IMG/VR virus record: IMGVR_UViG_3300025597_000002
Length of the DNA: 37,230 nucleotides
Direction: 5' to 3' (one strand)
DNA from: a virus
In this document: piece by piece, positions 33,155-37,230 of the stretch
Layout: each line of letters starts with the position of its first letter
Position numbering within the stretch: position 1 is the first letter of the stretch
Position numbers and translations under genes: made by a program
The notes under the pieces: model-generated
The model's database searches: none
What the model was told of the DNA's origin: nothing
What the model saw: only the letters and a program-made list of their open reading frames with translations

Positions 33155-33597
33155 TGGACCGCCCATTCCGCGTCCATCGCGAGTTGCTTCCTGATCCTCG
33201 CGGCTACTTCACCAGGCGGATCGTCCACAGTCGCAGACCCAATGAAGCTCAGGCGTTCCTGGCCCTGTTCGATCAGATACTCGCGCATCCACTGCTGGCG
33301 TTGGTGCGTGATGGAAACGGTTTCCGCCAGATCGGAGCTTGGCGGCTGCTGGCCCAGCTCTTTCTGGGTGCGGAAGAGCGGGAGGGGGAATCGTTCTTCA
33401 GGGGGCCGCTCCAGAAAGAGGAAACCAAACGGCACATGACCCAGGCGAGCAAAGCGTTCGAGTTGACGGAGGGTGGGTTGCTTCCGCCCAGAAAGCCAGT
33501 CGTTCAGTTCGGGAAACCTGGCGCAGACGTCTGCCGGGGCGCGACGGATCGCCCAGGAGAGCACCTCTTGTTTGATGTCGACCCGGATTGTTTTCAT
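33091..33597 (-). CDS. XRE-type HTH protein (168 aa); probably the detached N-terminal half of an XRE-ImmA fusion
   Basis: KQPTLRQLERFARLGHVPFGFLFLERPPEE is an HTH typical of ImmA-linked XRE regulators. The last ~12 codons look foreign. Confidence 0.6.
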   Translation of the reverse strand: MKTIRVDIKQEVLSWAIRRAPADVCARFPELNDWLSGRKQPTLRQLERFARLGHVPFGFLFLERPPEERFPLPLFRTQKELGQQPPSSDLAETVSITHQRQQWMREYLIEQGQERLSFIGSATVDDPPGEVAARIRKQLAMDAEWAVHYRTWQEAFQFQRCRVEIPRR

Positions 33598-33754
33598 GGC
33601 GCGAAGATCGTGTTTTGGCCCGGCTAGTCCCTGGGGTTAACTTGAAGAGAAGCGACCTCACCAATGAGGTCCGGCTACGTCTTCTCAGGTCCCCAACAGA
33701 TTATAGGGCTGCGGGAGATCTCTTTCCAGATGGATTGCGAACGGCCGCCCGGGC

Positions 33755-34501
33755 CTATGCTCGGCCATCCGGGATTCGCCACTGGCCATTCCCCTTATAA
33801 ATCGGCCCGGTTTCCTTGTCAAAAGCGATCCGCAGGTCTTCTGGTGAGAGTGGTGGCGCGGCCTCCTGGACGGCCTGATACCAACTCGTATCGTCCGGGC
33901 CCCGCATGAAGAATTGGGCGTGGTAGGCCCCGGTGGAGCCGTAGCGGAAGATGTAGCCGGGAACGGGGTGAACGGTCAGCGGATCGGCCGGCGGTCCGAA
34001 TTTCTGCGTCAGGGACGCCATCAACTGCTGGTCGAAGTCGGCCCGGCCGTTTTCCGGCCATCGCACACTTTCCCAGGCCCGGCGCGTGAGGAGGATCGAG
34101 GCGTGGAAGCGCCCGGCGGCGGGCTCTTCTTCGAGTTTGCCGGTGTAGAGTGAAAGCACGCGGGACGGTTTCGACCAGGCCGCCCCGGACTGGGTCAAAG
34201 CCAAAATGTGGGCCTCGAGGTAATGGGGCAGGTAAATATCATCGTCCTCCCAAACGGCCAGGTAATCGGCGTCGTACTCCGTGATAGCCAGTTTGGCCAG
34301 GGCGTTGTATTTCGCCCCCAGATTGGGAAATCGGCCCGAGGTGACGACCTGGACCGAGCCGTAGCGGCCGGCTTTGAGGGCCCCACCGTCTTCCCAGATG
34401 ATGAGTTTGTGCGGCAGGTCGATCTTCTGGGCCAGGAAGCAGGCCGCGGCGTTGCCGGCCAGGTTGGGCCGGCGAAACGTCGGACAGAGGGCCACGATCA
34501 T
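33755..34501 (-). CDS. GT-A fold glycosyltransferase (248 aa from the ATG at 34501)
   Basis: MIVALCPTFRRPN..., acidic DxD-like WEDDDIY. ATGA overlap with the upstream gene at 34498-34501. Confidence 0.65.
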   Translation of the reverse strand: MIVALCPTFRRPNLAGNAAACFLAQKIDLPHKLIIWEDGGALKAGRYGSVQVVTSGRFPNLGAKYNALAKLAITEYDADYLAVWEDDDIYLPHYLEAHILALTQSGAAWSKPSRVLSLYTGKLEEEPAAGRFHASILLTRRAWESVRWPENGRADFDQQLMASLTQKFGPPADPLTVHPVPGYIFRYGSTGAYHAQFFMRGPDDTSWYQAVQEAAPPLSPEDLRIAFDKETGPIYKGNGQWRIPDGRA

Positions 34502-35184
34502 GGGTTTTCCTCCAGAAGGACCTGGGCCAGGCGAAAGCTCCAAGAGATTCCACTGGGTCGTTCGGTCAGGGTTGTCTTGAGGTAGAAGCGGAGTTCGTCG
34601 TTGATGGAATCCCGGGTCCAGTACCAGGGGAGATGCCGGGCCATGTACGGCGGTCCGACGCGGAGGGCCGGGCCGTAGATGCTGCCCGGGCGGCGGTTGT
34701 CGTAGAGGGCGAAGGTCGTATCGATGGGGGCCTCGTAGAACGTCACGCCCTTTGCTTGGCCGGTCGGTTTTTTCCAGTAGGCATGTTCCCATTGTCGAAT
34801 CTCACTGGTCAATGGGGCCTCGGCTGGAAGGTCACCGATGGCCAACGACAGGCCGACCTTGTGGGCGGTTTTGTCTAGGGAAAAGCCCTCGTTCAGAATC
34901 TCGATCGCGTCGTCCGGTACGCTCGACAAATCGAGGTCCCCGTCGGTGACAACACACCGTTTTTCGGCGTGGACCAGTCCGAGGGCCCAGGCCACACGGG
35001 GGCCGTGGTTTTGCCGGGCCCGCACGACCTCGACCTGTTTCTGCTGGTCCAACCAGGCCAGAAGCGGCGGATAGGTCGAAGCGTTGTCGACAATCACCGG
35101 CTTAAGCCCCAGCCGGCGGACATCTTCCACCAGGTGGATCAAGGGCGTGAGCAGATTCCAGGAGGTGATAAAGCACGGGATCAC
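34498..35184 (-). CDS. Glycosyltransferase-like protein (228 aa, GTG start)
   Basis: PVIVDNASTY and VVTDGDLD (DxD) patterns. Starts 1 nt after the upstream stop. Confidence 0.5.
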   Translation of the reverse strand: MIPCFITSWNLLTPLIHLVEDVRRLGLKPVIVDNASTYPPLLAWLDQQKQVEVVRARQNHGPRVAWALGLVHAEKRCVVTDGDLDLSSVPDDAIEILNEGFSLDKTAHKVGLSLAIGDLPAEAPLTSEIRQWEHAYWKKPTGQAKGVTFYEAPIDTTFALYDNRRPGSIYGPALRVGPPYMARHLPWYWTRDSINDELRFYLKTTLTERPSGISWSFRLAQVLLEENP

Positions 35185-35185
35185 G

Positions 35186-36901
35186 TCAAGACTCCTCCGG
35201 CAGCCATTTTCCGAGGGGGCAGGCCTGTTCGGCCCATTCGGCCTTGCCGCCCTGGCCGGTGGGCGAACCGATCAGGTAGCAGCCGCAGATGGAACAACGG
35301 TTGTCGCTGCGGTGTTCGCAGAGGGCGCAGATATCGAGCCGTTTTTCCAGAGTCGCTTCGCTGACCATTTTGCCGCCTTCTTTGAGGTGCTGGACGACGG
35401 CCCTGGCGAAGTTGAAGGCCTGCCGGGCCAGATTGGGGAGCGGCTTTTTGTCCTCGGGCACTTGCGAAATCACCGTCAGGCCGTAATCTTCCCGAACGTG
35501 TTTGAGGACGACGAACTCGGGGTGTTCCTTGAGAAACCGCCGCAGGGCGGGCAGGATCCCGGGGCGATTATCGAAGCGTTCGCCGAAGATCTCGGTGTCG
35601 TGGAGGGCAATCCTCGATGCCAGCGGTCCGAACGTTTCGAGGATGTTCCAGGTCGTGGGGGCGTCGTGGACCGGATGATCGACAAAGAGCAGGTCGCATG
35701 CCCGCGGTTGGGCCGCCGTCAGGCCCGGGACTGCTTGCCAGACCAGGCCGTCGGGGAGGCCGTCCAGTTCCGGCGGCCTGACGCCTTCATAGATCGAGAC
35801 GAGTTCCTTGGCCTTGGCCGCGAAAATCACCGTCGAAATCTCCGGGCGGTGGGTGATCTCGATCACCGTGCCTTTTTCGGCCAGTTCCCGAAGCAGTGGC
35901 ACGTGGGCCCGCAGTTCGTGTTCCCGGTCGAGGCCGGCTTCGAGCTCCGCCAGGGAGGCCCGAAGGGGCTTGCCGCAACCGCCGCAGCCAGAGGTTTTTC
36001 TGGCGGGGGGCTGGAGGTGGTTTTCCGGGTCGGCCACGAGGTAGTCCCAATCCTCCTGGCTCATGCGGTTGAGGGCCCCCTGGGGCGGCGACCCGTCGCC
36101 TGGGTCTTCCCCTTCGCCGAGGACGAAGTGTTTGTAAATTCGGTCCAAAGGCAGGCCCAGTTCGCGGTGTTCGAGGACGTAGTTGCGGACCTTATTCCAC
36201 TGCGTCAGGGGATAGGGGACACCCTTGGGGCGGCCGAAGCGGTGGACCCAGCCCAGGCCGGGCAGGCACCAGCACTTGCGGCCGGCCCGGCGGTACTTCT
36301 CGTGGATGTAGCACTCTTCGCCGCCGAAGCCGCGGGCCAGAGGATGAAAGCCCAGCCAACTTTCGCGGCGGGCGCAGAACAGCCCCAAGCCCTGGGCGAA
36401 GATTTCGAAGGGGGGATTGGTGGAGGATTGGCCGCGGGGATCGGAGCCCCAGATCCCCCACATCTCGGCCCGCCAGACGTCCTGGAAATGGGTCCAGCGA
36501 TGTCGCAGATCGTCGGAGTACAGGACGCCTTGAATCAGATCATCGCAGGGGTGATGCTCTTCCAGGAATCGCCGCAACGCCGCCAGGGCCCCCGGCAGCA
36601 AGATGACGTGCGAATCGACGACCAGGACGTAATCGCCCGTGGCGTGGCGGAAGATGGCATCGCGGGCCGGGCTGGTGCCTACCGGTTCGGCCAGGGGAAC
36701 GTATTTGACTTCGCGATTGCCGCGGAGGGAGCGGCAGTAGTTGGCCAGGTCGCGGGCCTCCGGGGCCTGCGGGTGGTTGTCAATGAGGACGATCTCCGTC
36801 ACCTCCGCCGGCGTCGTCCGGCAGATGATGTTTTCGATCGTGAAGTAGGCCCCGTCGAAGTCGTCGTAGGTGGCAAGGCCGAAGGTTATCGTAACCGACA
36901 T
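35186..36901 (-). CDS. Multidomain protein (571 aa): N-terminal GT2-type glycosyltransferase, central Rossmann/methyltransferase-like region, C-terminal Cys-rich motif
   Basis: ATG at 36901, 5 nt after the fibre ORF stop. TITFGLATYDDFDG..IVLIDNHP..VLVVDSH. Later CDLLFVDHPVHD..IALHDT. C-terminal CALCEHRSDNRCSICGCY...CPLGKW. Confidence 0.65.
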   Translation of the reverse strand: MSVTITFGLATYDDFDGAYFTIENIICRTTPAEVTEIVLIDNHPQAPEARDLANYCRSLRGNREVKYVPLAEPVGTSPARDAIFRHATGDYVLVVDSHVILLPGALAALRRFLEEHHPCDDLIQGVLYSDDLRHRWTHFQDVWRAEMWGIWGSDPRGQSSTNPPFEIFAQGLGLFCARRESWLGFHPLARGFGGEECYIHEKYRRAGRKCWCLPGLGWVHRFGRPKGVPYPLTQWNKVRNYVLEHRELGLPLDRIYKHFVLGEGEDPGDGSPPQGALNRMSQEDWDYLVADPENHLQPPARKTSGCGGCGKPLRASLAELEAGLDREHELRAHVPLLRELAEKGTVIEITHRPEISTVIFAAKAKELVSIYEGVRPPELDGLPDGLVWQAVPGLTAAQPRACDLLFVDHPVHDAPTTWNILETFGPLASRIALHDTEIFGERFDNRPGILPALRRFLKEHPEFVVLKHVREDYGLTVISQVPEDKKPLPNLARQAFNFARAVVQHLKEGGKMVSEATLEKRLDICALCEHRSDNRCSICGCYLIGSPTGQGGKAEWAEQACPLGKWLPEES

Positions 36902-36906
36902 AACTG

Positions 36907-37230
36907 TCACCCTGTGCAATAAACGTAGCGAATTTCGCCCTGGTATTGAGGATTGGACGGTGTTGGACAATTACAACTACTTGGACATCCTTCGTAGGTG
37001 CAGTCGTAATAGAGCATCCAGCCGTATTCGTCGTCCCATTGCCACGCGCATTGGCATTGATTGCACGGCGATGGTGACGTGCTTGTGCTCGAGCTCGTGG
37101 TCGGTTGCTGGCTCGTCGTCGTACTTGTGCTTGTCGAACTGGTCGGCTGTTGCGTGGTCGTGCTGCTGGTTGTCGAGCTCGTGGTTGAGCTGCTGGTCGG
37201 TTGGCTGGTGGTCGTCGTACTTGTGCTTGT
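36907..37230 (-). CDS. C-terminal segment of the same giant ORF (last Cys/Trp module and stop)
   Basis: nt 1 equals nt 37119 through the terminal overlap, and both are codon first bases, so the frame is continuous. It reads ...TSTSPSPCNQCQCAWQWDDEYGWMLYYDCTYEGCPSSCNCPTPSNPQYQGEIRYVYCTG, then TGA at 36909-36907. Confidence 0.8.
   Translation of the reverse strand, partial: TSTSTTTTSQPTSSSTTSSTTSSTTTQQPTSSTSTSTTTSQQPTTSSSTSTSPSPCNQCQCAWQWDDEYGWMLYYDCTYEGCPSSCNCPTPSNPQYQGEIRYVYCTG
37119..37230. repeat. Terminal duplication identical to nt 1-112 (circular-assembly overlap, inside the tandem repeat)
   Basis: Base-by-base identity of 37119-37230 with 1-112. Confidence 0.95.

Noticed and set aside
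35084-36922. 612-aa plus-strand ORF
   Set aside because: It is antisense to the motif-bearing glycosyltransferase gene 35186..36901. Its composition is Gly/Ala/Arg/Pro-rich with no motifs, a typical high-GC shadow ORF.

Overview
The window reads as one complete, circularly closing temperate tailed-phage genome of about 37.1 kb (siphovirus-like). GC is above 60% by eye, except a roughly 45-52% GC accessory island at about 27.2-32.0 kb. Nt 37119-37230 are identical to nt 1-112, and one reading frame runs in phase across that junction. This makes it a circular or permuted assembly, not a chromosomal fragment. Nearly all genes are on the minus strand and tightly packed, with many ATGA/GTGA start-stop overlaps. 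In minus-strand order (high to low coordinates): (1) three glycosyltransferase genes (36901-33755); (2) a split XRE-ImmA plus truncated DUF4411 remnant, a YwgA-like gene, and a DUF488 + unknown 258-aa cassette (33597-29932); (3) tRNA-like fragments that are a candidate attP (29730-29482); (4) an xis-like HTH and a tyrosine integrase (29070-27671); (5) a recombination/replication module with a Cys-rich protein, RecT, a CsrA homologue, an O-like initiator with internal iterons and a DnaC-like loader (27473-23254); (6) small regulators; (7) a lysis-position cassette with a papain-like C1 peptidase (21923-20127); (8) TerS, TerL, a KTSC-domain protein, protease/scaffold, DUF2190 decoration protein, major capsid, DUF1320 adaptor, a tube-like protein and a DUF935 portal (20124-11681); (9) an intermodule region with nested inverted repeats; (10) a tail module with a -1 frameshifted chaperone, tape measure and tip proteins (9938-3854); (11) a ~1350-aa ORF (3850 down to 1, continuing 37118 down to 36907). 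The supplied ORF track misses this last ORF because it has no stop inside the linear window. It encodes 11 cysteine/tryptophan modules strung on Thr/Ser linkers and is immediately followed by the glycosyltransferases. I saw no rRNA, intact tRNA or CRISPR array. The host cannot be assigned from sequence alone. All family names are recalled from motif patterns read by eye, not from searches.
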